A DNA stretch of 62,472 bases, the filler included, from Globobulimina sp. (taxonomy: Eukaryota), in NCBI GenBank assembly GCA_003354225.1. It is 38 parts of 38 records of this genome, joined end to end, with 100 filler letters (N's around TTAATTAATTAA, not from the genome) between each part and the next. Parts side by side here need not be neighbours in the genome. Positions count along the whole stretch, not along the records: positions 23,067 to 24,613 come from PIVH01014991.1; positions 24,714 to 26,260 come from PIVH01014992.1; positions 26,361 to 27,907 come from PIVH01014993.1; positions 28,008 to 29,554 come from PIVH01014994.1; positions 29,655 to 31,201 come from PIVH01014995.1; positions 31,302 to 32,848 come from PIVH01014996.1; positions 32,949 to 34,494 come from PIVH01014997.1; positions 34,595 to 36,140 come from PIVH01014998.1; 30 more parts are not named here. One strand, written 5' to 3'. Each line of letters begins with the position of its first letter. Position 1 is the first letter of the stretch. Positions 23,306-35,100 of the stretch are shown piece by piece. The translations under genes and the position numbers were made by a program. The notes beneath the pieces are model-generated. The model searched no databases. It was not told the origin of the DNA and saw only the letters and a program-made list of their open reading frames with translations.

Positions 23306-24136
23306 ATGTCTTTATCTCGTTCTAACACTCCATCCGTATCCATAACCAACATAAGCACCAACTTAAGCACAAGCACACCTAGTACCACACAAGCACAAGC
23401 ACTATCAGTACCACTACTACTCAGTACACCACAAGTGATGAATCAGAATAAAAGTACCAATACACCGTCCGAATCGTCGACGTCGACGTCAGTGTCTCAG
23501 TCAGTATCGGCAGCGAGTTGGGAATGTTATGAGTGCGGCTTCTTTAATTACGATGATAGTTCAATCTGTCAAGCATGTTTCAAGAAATGTCTTTATTGCG
23601 ATGATGATGAGTCGGATTATTGTGACATTGATATTGATATTGATGACGATGATGAGTCTGTGATCGTAAATATGGTACAACAGCAACAGCAATGTCACAC
23701 ACAACAGAGACAGCATCAGCAAGCAAGAGATGAGCAAGAGATGTCAACTGAAGATTGCGAATTAGAAGATTGCGAAGATTGTAATAGTATTAGCAGTACG
23801 CGTACATGTAATAATAGTAAGTCGTCTCGGTCGCGAATCAGAAGTATTAGATCATGCATGTTAGATATCATATCATTCATTAACAACAATAGTATAAAAT
23901 ATGAGGATAGCAAAAGGATAATGATACATAATGTCTCTGAGAGTATGGCCAATGAGAATTTAGGCAATACCCATTTATTTGGCGTCTTTGGCGATGTGAA
24001 AAAGATCGAAATTATTCGCATTAAGCGGTCAAACAACATAAAGGCAGAAATCACATTCTATTCCGCCGATTCTGTGGTTGCGTTAATGAAATTGTCTTCG
24101 TCCTATCATAATTATAAAATATTTAGTCATTATTAG
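23306..24136 (+). CDS. RanBP2-type zinc finger + C-terminal RRM-like protein
   Basis: WECYECGFFNYDDSSICQAC (W-x-C-x2-C-x3-N-x6-C-x2-C); RIMIHNV...LFGVFGDVKKIEI...AEITF. Confidence 0.75.
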   Translation: MSLSRSNTPSVSITNISTNLSTSTPSTTQAQALSVPLLLSTPQVMNQNKSTNTPSESSTSTSVSQSVSAASWECYECGFFNYDDSSICQACFKKCLYCDDDESDYCDIDIDIDDDDESVIVNMVQQQQQCHTQQRQHQQARDEQEMSTEDCELEDCEDCNSISSTRTCNNSKSSRSRIRSIRSCMLDIISFINNNSIKYEDSKRIMIHNVSESMANENLGNTHLFGVFGDVKKIEIIRIKRSNNIKAEITFYSADSVVALMKLSSSYHNYKIFSHY

Positions 24137-24902
24137 TTAGTAAAATTAATAAGATATCTGTATATATAATATAGTAAATTATCTATTATTATTAAATATA
24201 AATATCATTATTCTATATCTATTATTCTTACCTATATCTCATTGTAACTTGTTTCGTTACTTGACATTAAAACAATTTATAGGAGGGCTATTAAGGCAGT
24301 TATTTTAATTGATTTTAATTGTGAAAGAGCGTAAGGCCAAACCTATGTATTTTATGCACAATATGTCTAAACATAAGTAAATCAATTCTAGTTTTAATGA
24401 AGGAATCAATCTTATTATCATTACAATTCTTTACTTTAAAGAGATATATTTAATAATTTATGTGGCAATATATTCACAAGATATATCTATCCTTAGCTCC
24501 ACATCTTCCGCTTCTCTACTTTTCTTTAGATTGTTTTAAATACTTAATCAACAAATTATTATGTTTTATATCTATAGCAATCTCACTAATCAATGATCTA
24601 TAACAATCTCCAANNNNNNNNNNNNNNNNNNNNNNNNNNNNNNNNNNNNNNNNNNNNTTAATTAATTAANNNNNNNNNNNNNNNNNNNNNNNNNNNNNNN
24701 NNNNNNNNNNNNNAATTGTATAAAATTAAACCAGTTTGTAAGTATGAAAAAAACCTTTGCTTTAAGTGAGTGGAAAATATTTGCCATAATTAAGCGAGAG
24801 TTTCTGTTTTAATCTAATAACAAACGTAATAATTAACATAAATGGCATAAATGACAATAAAAGATAATTTACGTAGGTTTTTTGCACTAATAACTAATTA
24901 AT

Positions 24903-25966
24903 TTATGAGCATGCTAAATTAGAATCGATTTGTATCTCAAAAACACATGGACCTATTTCCCTGGCCGCCGATATCCGGCCATATCCAACATAGGGATTGC
25001 AATTCCAAAACACAGTCACAACACTTTCCGGCCCATTGCTGCAGCCATCGCCATTTGTGTACACAAACTCCCATTGACCACCATAATTAGTTGAATATCG
25101 AGGTTGGGTCAACCCGCCATCCCATCTGGCAATCATTTGCATACAATCGGATATTGTCCCAATGGTAATCATGGAAACATCACCATCGCATTTTATATTA
25201 TTACTGCATGGCGATAATGCATATATTTGCTCTGAATCTTCGTCAGATATCCCATACAATGAAAGCCCTTCAATTACCGTCAAATTTAATGTGTTATCCC
25301 CAACATTCCATATGCATTCTTCTCGAGGCGAAGTGGTTGTTGTTGTAGAATTTGCACATTCTGTATTTCCGGTACACGCATATCTGGTATGAATTGTGAC
25401 TGTATAAAAACAACTGTTCGGTATCTCTTGTACAAAATCTATAGCCCATTCTGCTGAATCACATTGGAAAGTTGGAGCCCATGTTCTTGCCGGATTGCCA
25501 CAATCATTCGCACCATTAGCATATTTAAATATCCATCGACCACCATTGGCAGAGTCATATACTGGTTGAATGGATTCATCCCATCTTCCAAGAACATAAC
25601 ACCACTCTGATGCTTCTACTTGCTGTAAATTCAAATATCAATATAACAAAAACAAAAACAAATATATAATGTAAATTGTCAACTAAACTTTTACCATCAC
25701 TGGACTCTCCATACACATTTCGCCTGTTTTTGTGGTTTGTTTATGATGGAAATTTATACAGATACATATTGCTTACCGTTATCACACAACGAGAATAAAT
25801 AATTATACGATCCGTCGTAATCAGTGGTTACTAATTCTTTGCCTTTGGCGCAGGTCAAATCAAATGTAGCCTCACCACTGGGAGTGTTTACGGTCCATTT
25901 ACATTGACCATTTACAATTCCATACAAAGAATATATTGCAAATAAAAAACAGTTGCTGGTTGACAT
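24903..25966 (-). CDS. Secreted protein with two mannose-6-phosphate-receptor homology (MRH)-like repeats; introns 25724-25776 and 25623-25694
   Basis: Signal peptide; two Cys-patterned repeats (FDLT..YLFSLC..YANG..C..F.C..C.Y...T.YAC); the 29-nt micro-exon 25695-25723 keeps frame. Confidence 0.75.
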
Positions 25967-26134
25967 GATCTAAATAAAAAGATATTACAAGGAAGCGAAA
26001 AACATAGAACCAATTATATAGTCCATACTGCAAAATGTCGTCTTCCATTTGGAACAATCTCCCCTTCCTGTTCCTTGTCAAACAGGTGACGTATCGCCAC
26101 GATTAATATATATTGCAGGTTCATTATGGCACTC

Positions 26135-26221
26135 AAGAGGAATGATCGAATATTGAAAGAGGAATGATCGAATATTGAAAGAGGAATGATCGAATATTGA
26201 AAGAGGAATGATCGAATATTG
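26135..26221. repeat. Tandem repeat, 22-bp unit AAGAGGAATGATCGAATATTGA x4
   Basis: Near-perfect head-to-tail copies with no spacers. Confidence 0.95.
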
Positions 26222-26360
26222 CAGCGTTAACAGCAGTAAAATTAAACAAATTGTAAAATANNNNNNNNNNNNNNNNNNNNNNNNNNNNNNNNNNNNNNNN
26301 NNNNTTAATTAATTAANNNNNNNNNNNNNNNNNNNNNNNNNNNNNNNNNNNNNNNNNNNN

Positions 26361-27512
26361 CTTAGTGTGCAAAATTGCGACATTGAACAATTTCCAAACA
26401 CTTTTTCTCAATTATCAGAGTTGCAATGTGTCGGCTTCCAGAATGTGAATGCAGACAAAGGCTATCTTCCTCCAATCTGTTCATTTCAGAAATTAGCAAT
26501 GTTAAATTTAGTAACCAGCGGAATCACAGAAATACCGCATTGTATTAAAAATATCAAAGCATTGAAAATAATTCGGCTGAACAACTTAATTGATTTGAAA
26601 TATATTCCATTGGAATTGCTAAATATGCCACATTTGACTGACTTTAATGTGTTCAGAGCGTTTCAACTCACTCGGCATTCGCTGATGGAATATAACAACA
26701 TTTCAGATATGGAGCAATTTAATGATGCATTCCAGTATAATCACAATGCGAATTTCAGTTTGCAAGAATCCGGTCTGTGCCAAAGTGCAATTTCAGTTAA
26801 CGTTTCTGACACATTTGCATCGTTTATTGACGAAACAAAATCATGCGTTCCAGTGTGCAGTAACAGCGTGAATACAATTTCCTGTACACCGCAGGATTGG
26901 AGAGATGGTATTTGTGACCAAGAATGTCGATCACTTAGTTGTCTGTATGATGGTGGTGATTGCCATCAGCTGTGTGAATGTGATAATTATTGGCAGTTTT
27001 TAGGAAATGGTGAATGTGATTTGTTGTGCAATACAAGCAATTGTAATTTTGATGAAGGTGATTGTATAACAACTACTGTTTTTGATGCGGAGCGTTGTGA
27101 GTTGGATGGGAATGGATGTAATGTAACATGGGTCAATGACCATTGGTGTGACTCGAATTGCAATAATTTAGAGTGTGCTTTTGATGGCGGCGATTGTGAG
27201 GATCCGTGTGGAGAGAATGAAAAGTGCTCTGCTCTATGGGATGTGTTCAATTTTGTGGCTAATTCGGATGGTAAAGATAATAAAATATCAAAAAGTGAAA
27301 TATGTGCAGCATGGTTTTTCATTGCAAATGATCCAAATCTCAGAATCGAGAATTGTACACAGTTTATGTCATTGTACGATATAAATAAGGATGACTTAGT
27401 GAGTCCATATGAAACATTAACAGGAATGGGTGGATATTTTGATATCAATCAAGAAAAAGCCGCCCAGATAGATTGTTCAAGTTGTTTGGATAACCCTGAG
27501 GATTATTTATGA
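26361..27512 (+). CDS. LRR + three LNR (Notch/Lin-12) repeats + EF-hand pair protein, 5' partial
   Basis: LRRs (ITEIPHCIKNIKALKIIRL); DGICDQECRSLSCLYDGGDC, GNGECDLLCNTSNCNFDEGDC, DHWCDSNCNNLECAFDGGDC; DINKDDLVSPYE EF-hand loop. Confidence 0.85.
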   Translation, partial: LSVQNCDIEQFPNTFSQLSELQCVGFQNVNADKGYLPPICSFQKLAMLNLVTSGITEIPHCIKNIKALKIIRLNNLIDLKYIPLELLNMPHLTDFNVFRAFQLTRHSLMEYNNISDMEQFNDAFQYNHNANFSLQESGLCQSAISVNVSDTFASFIDETKSCVPVCSNSVNTISCTPQDWRDGICDQECRSLSCLYDGGDCHQLCECDNYWQFLGNGECDLLCNTSNCNFDEGDCITTTVFDAERCELDGNGCNVTWVNDHWCDSNCNNLECAFDGGDCEDPCGENEKCSALWDVFNFVANSDGKDNKISKSEICAAWFFIANDPNLRIENCTQFMSLYDINKDDLVSPYETLTGMGGYFDINQEKAAQIDCSSCLDNPEDYL

Positions 27513-28149
27513 TTAATGTGATATATATATTTGTATAAGCTTAGAGCAAGTTTTTAATTGTACCTATTTCTCTTAACAAAAGATAACCCCCCCTTTGTAT
27601 ACCGTTTAACGATGAGTACCTATTTCTCAAATTCACAACAAGACGTTACTATAAACAAACCAAGAAACGAATTCGAACAATCAAAAGAAAATTCTAAATC
27701 GGTGTTATGGAGAACAAAGGAAGCGTTAAGCGATGGGTGTCCTCATTACAGGAGTCTTGGTACATTATTTTAGGAGATTTTGTGGAATCTAGTGTAAGTG
27801 ATGAAGAGTATGAGAGTGCGTGTGTACCGATTCATAAGGAAGTATATTATTATAGGAAATTATACGAAACACGATGTATAACAAACTCAACACAAAGCTA
27901 TAGCTAANNNNNNNNNNNNNNNNNNNNNNNNNNNNNNNNNNNNNNNNNNNNTTAATTAATTAANNNNNNNNNNNNNNNNNNNNNNNNNNNNNNNNNNNNN
28001 NNNNNNNTAGATACTTTTATACGAAATTCCCTCGTAAAAATCATATTTAGGATCGCCAATCTAAAAGACAAGTGTAGACATTGGAGACATGAAATGTAAC
28101 GGTCTCGAAAATCACTTAGTTGGCCATAGTCAATTGGATTTCAATCATG

Positions 28150-29554
28150 ATTATATACGTATTCTTAAGACTTTTTATCTCGTTTACACAGAGATTTTCG
28201 CCCAAGTGCTGGACAGTGATACTATTAACTTACAAGAGGCAAATCAAAAGCAGCTGGATGCGATAAAGAAACAAACAAATATAAAGCAGTTCATTCCAGA
28301 ACAGCTCTATTTGTGGGCTGGAATCCCCACACCATTCGAACGCTGGGTCTCCTTAAAATTGGTGTTTTATTGGAAACTGTTGAGAATGCCAAATGTCTCC
28401 TTAATGCATAGATGGGCCAAACTGCCACACATAAACCATCATAAACTATATAAGCAATATGCGGCACTAAAAAGGGAATGGTTACCGGCAGTAAGTCAAG
28501 TCGTTCAGAATGATGTCCATATCATTGATCCATTTGATATTGTTGCCGAACCACATGAATTGCGCCCAATTGTGATAAAAGCGCAACATAAACAAATCCT
28601 CAACAAACTCAACAAATACCATCCACTAAAAATACTAAACCATTGCTCCTGTGATTATAAACCAATGAATATGTATGAAAAGAATGAATTAGAGGATTAT
28701 GTCAAAGCGCCGATGATTAAAACATATCGCGAGTTGTTCTATAATTTTGGCCAAAGACACCCGTATTGCCAACTATGCCATAAGAACATCGACAAACCTC
28801 TTGAACTACACTTAGCAGTGTTATGTCCTGTATTAGATGATTTGCGCCAAGCTTACTGGTACCACGCCAGCTTTATGTTTGCCAAAAGTGGCGCGGCGAT
28901 AAATAAAATCCATAATCAACTTTATATGCAGAAAATGATTGAACTCTGCAGAAACGTTAATGTCCATAGATCTCAATTTTGGAGACTGCTTTGTGGTGCG
29001 AACATATATAATAACGACACCAATGAATTCATATACAAACATCGCCCAATAAACATAAACATCACTAAATATACATTGTACAGACAACTGATCTCGCAGA
29101 CACACCGTTGGATACACAATATATACCTCCTAAACCAAAATAAACTAAATATCCAAAGAATGCGCAATAAGCACACAACGATGCCAAGTAAGATGCCATT
29201 GTACCACACCCGCAACCAAAACATAACTGAATGGCATAATAATAAGCATCGACTAAAACCAGATGACCTCATCATTGCCACTGACTCGTCACATGATCCC
29301 TGTACAAACACCACAGGAATTGGCATATTCATATTAGATCGTGATACAATTCACTGCTTTGCACAGCCTCTGGGTGCCCAAACCAACCATTTTGGTGAGC
29401 TCTTTGCCATAAATAAGTCACAATTTTTAATAAATCACTGCAAAATTGACACCAATAATAGAAGGAAAGTAATTTTCACCGATTCACTGTACAATTTTGT
29501 CCCATTAATCACAACTCCCCATAAAATAGATAAATTAGCCCATTCCAACATATT
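28150..29554 (+). mobile_element. Non-LTR retrotransposon ORF2, post-RT region: CCHC zinc knuckle then RNase H
   Basis: CQLC...ELHLAVLCP..DLR knuckle; RNase H motifs IIATDSS..TGIGIF, TNHFGELFAI, VIFTDS. Confidence 0.75.
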
Positions 29555-29654
29555 NNNNNNNNNNNNNNNNNNNNNNNNNNNNNNNNNNNNNNNNNNNNTT
29601 AATTAATTAANNNNNNNNNNNNNNNNNNNNNNNNNNNNNNNNNNNNNNNNNNNN

Positions 29655-29895
29655 CAAGTGTAGTGGCACTATATTGGGTTACCAGCGTATCTTGCCCGCT
29701 CGCCCTCCCCCGTATTAGTTTTATTTCTTTTCCAGCCTCGCTTACATTACTGCTGGTTTTAACATTCAGCGTTATACTGCAGTGTGTAATTTCAATGGTT
29801 GTTAGTTTTAATGTGTCGCCTGGTGTTGGCTCCGGCGGCAAAGGAGGCGGTTCCGTCGTGTTACAGGAAAGGATAAGCAATAAGTTTGAAACTAT
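29655..29895 (-). CDS. Bacterial lipoprotein N-terminal fragment
   Basis: Lipobox LILSC followed by NTTEPPPLPPEPTPGD; higher GC than the rest of the contig; true start is missing. Confidence 0.55.
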
Positions 29896-30700
29896 AATAC
29901 AAAACAATGTTTTTACTGATTTACAACCATTGTCACAGCATCAGGCTGCAAATAAATATAATATTATAACAGCACAGAGTTGTAACACTATGGATATTTT
30001 GCATAACAAATTTGTAAATAACAGGCATAAATTGGGTGTATTTTATGGTGGTAATAATATTTCACACATTAATATTTCATATAATTTATTTATGGATAAT
30101 TCAATGCAATATTTATTTGCAACAAATGAAGCCATCCAATGTGATATCAGTCACAATGATATTACAAATAATGGCATATTTAATGGTTATTTAATGCAGT
30201 TATTAAGATGTAATGACGTTACTTTATCATATAACATAATAAAATATAACACAAAAAGAAACGAATTTGATTTTATTTAGATACAAAACACAAACCGTGT
30301 TCAAATTTTATACAACGCATTTACTTACAACAACGCTACATATTTATCAAATTTATTATGTATATCACAGCCAAATATGCTCAATATAACACATAATATA
30401 TTCGATACTAATGCTATAAACAATATTTTATATCTAACTTATCCTAATTCTATCCGCACACATTCACTGTCATACATCCAATACAATGATTTCATTCAAA
30501 AACAAAACCAAACCATAGACACATACATAAATATCAACAGCGACACTGCCACCCGAAATAACTCCAATTTTATAAACTGGAACAACATCTACAACCAATC
30601 CAATGTTCAACACTTTATAGCTTCCAATAACATCACATCGACGCAGACAGCAATTACTTTGACGGACTCACATCGTACACACAAATTCGAACTAAAATGA
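29890..30700 (+). pseudogene. Parallel beta-helix (PbH1-like) repeat protein interrupted by an in-frame TAG at 30278-30280
   Basis: Recurring IxxNxF motifs (IQNNVF, ILHNKF, ISYNLF, ITHNIF, IQYNDF). ORFs 29663 and 30377 share a frame with a single stop between them. Confidence 0.6.
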
Positions 30701-31301
30701 ACGATCAGTGCCACAATGCATTCATAAATATTTCATATGTAAAGTCATATGTACATTATTCAAAACAACCAAGATTGACTGTACTTTTCGTTTTTTTATT
30801 TTTTTATTGTTGTTTTCTAACTTTTGCTGAGTGCAAGGATATATGTGGTGTTTTTTGTGAATGTTTATTTGTTTTTTGTAATATCTGTTTATATAAGTCA
30901 TCTTACTCATTCTTGTGTATTGTTAAGATTATGTAATATAAAAAAAAAAATGAAAATACTTATCGAACAGATTGCATTTTTGAGAAACGTTTGATAAGTT
31001 TTTTAAAAAATCAGTACTTATCGGAAAGCCCTACTGTAAATAGTATGTAAATATGACTACATGTTGTGCCTGGCATCGGGAACGTCTTTGTTTACTATTT
31101 TAAATTAAAAAACTTATTTCAATTTTTTTTTAATATCTTCATGTGTGATAATAAAGCGGCTCCATACAACTAGCAAACGTTATGTGTAGTCACAAATGGA
31201 ANNNNNNNNNNNNNNNNNNNNNNNNNNNNNNNNNNNNNNNNNNNNTTAATTAATTAANNNNNNNNNNNNNNNNNNNNNNNNNNNNNNNNNNNNNNNNNNN
31301 N

Positions 31302-32848
31302 TAGAGAATGAATTAAATGCAACGCATGAACAGTATGAAAACGTTGCAATGGAATTACAGGCTCAAATCCAAACCAATTCTGATAATATGAATGAATTTC
31401 GTGCGTTGCAGACTAAATATGATGAAATAACAAAACAAAATACCACCACTTTTGATGATATTTTAAATAATCAACAAAATGTCGACAAATTACAAATATT
31501 ACAAACAAAATATGATGTATTACTGCACGAAAATCAACAAACTATGGAAGCGATGGAAGAATTAATTATTGCCTCACAAAATAAAATTAATAGCACTACA
31601 AATGAAATGAACAATAAATACAATGAATGGCAACAACATATCAACACATTAGACGCAGAAAAGGCAAATTTATCTCAAACTATCACTCAATTAACAGACG
31701 AAAATCAAGCAATGGCACTGGAACTCGACAAATATGCACAAAATTCACAAACAACAACCGACAAATTAACACAATACAAAGCCGTAAATAAGGACTTAAA
31801 TAAAAAGTTATTAGCTCAAAACAACGATTTAGCAACAAATAAAACTGCGAAAAAACAAATGTTGGAATTGCAGCAAATTATAAAATCAAAAGACACACAG
31901 TTTGCACTGGAAAATGACAAAATGGACAAACTAACACAAAAATACAATTCATTACAGACAAAATACGAAGAATTAAAGCAACAAAAACAATCATTTTCAA
32001 AATACAAAGAAAAAGCAAAAAATGTAGTGAATAAACATAAGTCCAATGCAGAAAAGCAAATCAATGACACGAAGCAGCAATTAACTGATCTAACTGCTAA
32101 AAATCAACAATTGTCGCAAGAAAATGAAAAGGTTTCAAAAAATATGCGTGTCGCAACCAAACGAAATGAAACATTGTTGCTAAAAAACCAACAGATGCAA
32201 TCGTGGCAAGATAATTTAAATTCAAATATGATGAGTTTAAATAACAAAGTCGACTCTGATCAAACTGTTATCGATAAATTAACAAAAAATATGGCAAACT
32301 TAAAGCTAAATAATGTCGGTTTAGACCAGAAAATAAAAGCAATGCTTGCCTTGGAACAGCAATTAAAGACAAAATTAGAAACACAGAGCAAAATAAGCAA
32401 CAAAAGAGAACAAACATTACATAAAATATCCGCGGCGTTGGCTGAATGCAGTTGTTTTGAAGCAAATGATTCTATGAATGTGGTCCGAGCGGTTAACAAA
32501 TTAACAGAACATTACGAAACTGCATTACTTAAACTGTCGGGAAATGAGCGTGTATTCAAAGAAAATGAATATAAAATTCAATTGTCTGCCATTACAATTG
32601 CAAAGTTGCAAACTGTGCGAAGCGATTTGCAGCAAACTCTGGATGCTATGAAACAAAATTTAAGTCAAACTGCGGGTGAATCAGAACAATCGCATAAATT
32701 GTTAGAAAGTGTACGTGTTGAAAGTATGCAAGTTTTGGAGAAATATATGATATTTCTAGGAAATAATGGTGCGGCGGATGTGAGTGAGTGCGATGTATTG
32801 AGTGGTTTCAGATTGTTAATCGAGTATTTCGTGCAATTGATGGCAGAG
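31302..32848 (+). CDS. Long coiled-coil protein, internal fragment
   Basis: More than 500 aa of heptad-like Q/K/N/L/E sequence, open to the 3' contig end. Confidence 0.8.
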
Positions 32849-32948
32849 NNNNNNNNNNNNNNNNNNNNNNNNNNNNNNNNNNNNNNNNNNNNTTAATTAA
32901 TTAANNNNNNNNNNNNNNNNNNNNNNNNNNNNNNNNNNNNNNNNNNNN

Positions 32949-34176
32949 TTGAACTCTCATCTCCATCACAATACACATCATACATAATTTTGATAAAATC
33001 ACGTGTTATGTGTTCAGAATCATATAATCCAATTTCTGTTAATTTTATTATGTGTTGAAATTGATTCATACAGATTACCAATTTAATTTGTGTCATTTCC
33101 ACACATTTAGTAAATAATAAACACATTATGTTTTTTAATTTTTTATGATCCGCGGTACCGATATTTAGGAAAACACTCTGTAATTTAACATTTATTTTAA
33201 TTAAGTCATATAATGACTGCATATCTGGATAAAACACAACTAATTCTTTTACGTTAAGTAATGAATTACTATCAATATTTAGTTCGTTTATCTCTTCGCT
33301 ATATTCCAAATGAATGATTTGTTTTGAATGAGTTTCAATCAATTTATCTCGAAATAAATTTGCATTCATATCTTGAGAGTCAAAATCAAATTCTTTTAAT
33401 TTTGGTAATAACTCCGCAATGTCGACGTCATTATCTTCAAATTCCGTAAAAAATATTTTGTCAATAATTAAATTAGTGACATTCGGAAATTTTTTCATAA
33501 AATCACAAAATAAATCAAAATGATACAAGGCATCCGCTGCACCAAATGATTCGCATTGTAGTCGTTGAATTTGTTCCAAATTAATACATTTTGTATTGAT
33601 AAATGCTTCGAGTTCCGAATGATTGTTACTTTGCTTCATATCGATTGTTAATGATTTTATATTATGCAATACAGAAATATTTATATTTTCATATCGTTGA
33701 TTAAACTCTGAAGGATTAATAGAGATTTTTTGCAACAAAGTAAATTTATTCAAATTAGGAGGATACCCTTCTTCGGTCACATATAATTCTTGTAATGATG
33801 GCAGCGAATTGCATGCAACATAAATTAATCCGTCACATAAAGCAAAATCTACATAATCGATGGTATTTAGATAAGATGCACATTCTCTAATTATTTCACT
33901 TGGTAATTTATTTAAAGTGAGTGTATTATTTGAAATATGTGTGTCATTCGATTCGAATTCGTCTGTTTCTAGATCTCGGGAGGAAATGATGGTTGAAATA
34001 ATATTATTAATATTTTTGGCAGTATTCACTGGTTTTGTTTGGTTTTGATGCATATAAAGAAAACCCATCAACATAACTGATGTTATTTGGTTATGGCCAA
34101 CGTTATTGAGAAACACAGCAAATTCTTTACAGTCTAATTGATTGACACACAAACGAAATCTGATTATCTCTTCCAT
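32949..34176 (-). CDS. F-box-like + LRR-like protein, 3' partial
   Basis: LNKLPSEIIRECASYL F-box-like motif, then LxxLxI repeats (LQELYV, IKSLTI, VTNLII, VKELVV). Confidence 0.6.
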
Positions 34177-34639
34177 TGTCTTCGGTGTTGTAGAACTAAG
34201 TAAAGTGTTTTTTAATGAGCCTCAGCCATCCTGTTGCTGTCGAGAAGATGTTTCTGTTACAAACCCATACAGATATTTTATTAAAATCTACAGTATTGTT
34301 TGGTGCTGCTTATGTTCTCTACCATAATAAAACTTTAATAATTCATCAAATTAATGGTAAAGGAACAGCAAATGTTGTAAATTTAGACGATCCTCCTTTC
34401 GAAACATTATTTTAACAAATTAAACCGTTAAAGAAAACAAAAGCGGTCAAATGAATCTTATGAAACAGAAATAATAAAGAATTTGATGTAAAAANNNNNN
34501 NNNNNNNNNNNNNNNNNNNNNNNNNNNNNNNNNNNNNNTTAATTAATTAANNNNNNNNNNNNNNNNNNNNNNNNNNNNNNNNNNNNNNNNNNNNGTTTGG
34601 ATTTATTAATTGATAAGTTTGAGTGAAATATATAAAGCA

Positions 34640-35100
34640 TAGACAATTGGAATGAACGGAGTACGATTGCACCAGAAAGTGAACCCCGAACGATGGTACT
34701 ATTTCGCAGACAAATTGAGAGTGTTAGTCGTGCAATATTTGGAGGCAATGGTGATTGGTAAGTTCAATCACCCATCGATAATCCAACGGGAGACCCTAGT
34801 GTGTTATTTGTTCAGACGTTGGACAGCACGCGCTTGGTCGAGTGCATAACTATCCCTTCCCTGACGACCCTCAGCCATGCAAGGATATGCAGTATGCCAT
34901 GATTGGCGGCGGCATTGGCTATTATGTGACAGACAAAGAATGAGGCCAAGGGCAATGCCGATTGTTCAGGATTTTTGCAGATTTGTGGGTGAATATGAGT
35001 GCGATGGTATTGAGCCACAGTGGGGACATTTCTTGTGTGTAGTACACGCAATTGAGCGATATCGAGAATGAGTGCGATTGTGTGCTAAATATGCATTGGA
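34640..35100 (+). pseudogene. Degenerate glycoside hydrolase family 2 TIM-barrel fragment
   Basis: MNGVRLHQKVNPERWYYFADKL, FNHPSIIQ, HNYPFPDDP..QYAMIG, YTQLSDIENECD are spread over several frames with stops and deletions; the NE acid/base motif is lost. Confidence 0.75.

Noticed and set aside
26135-26221. CRISPR array
   Set aside because: The 22-bp units abut with no spacers and there are no cas genes.
34940-34945. TGA recoding (Trp or Sec) in the GH2 fragment
   Set aside because: The region has several frameshifts and deletions, so it is a pseudogene; TGA ends intact genes elsewhere in the window.
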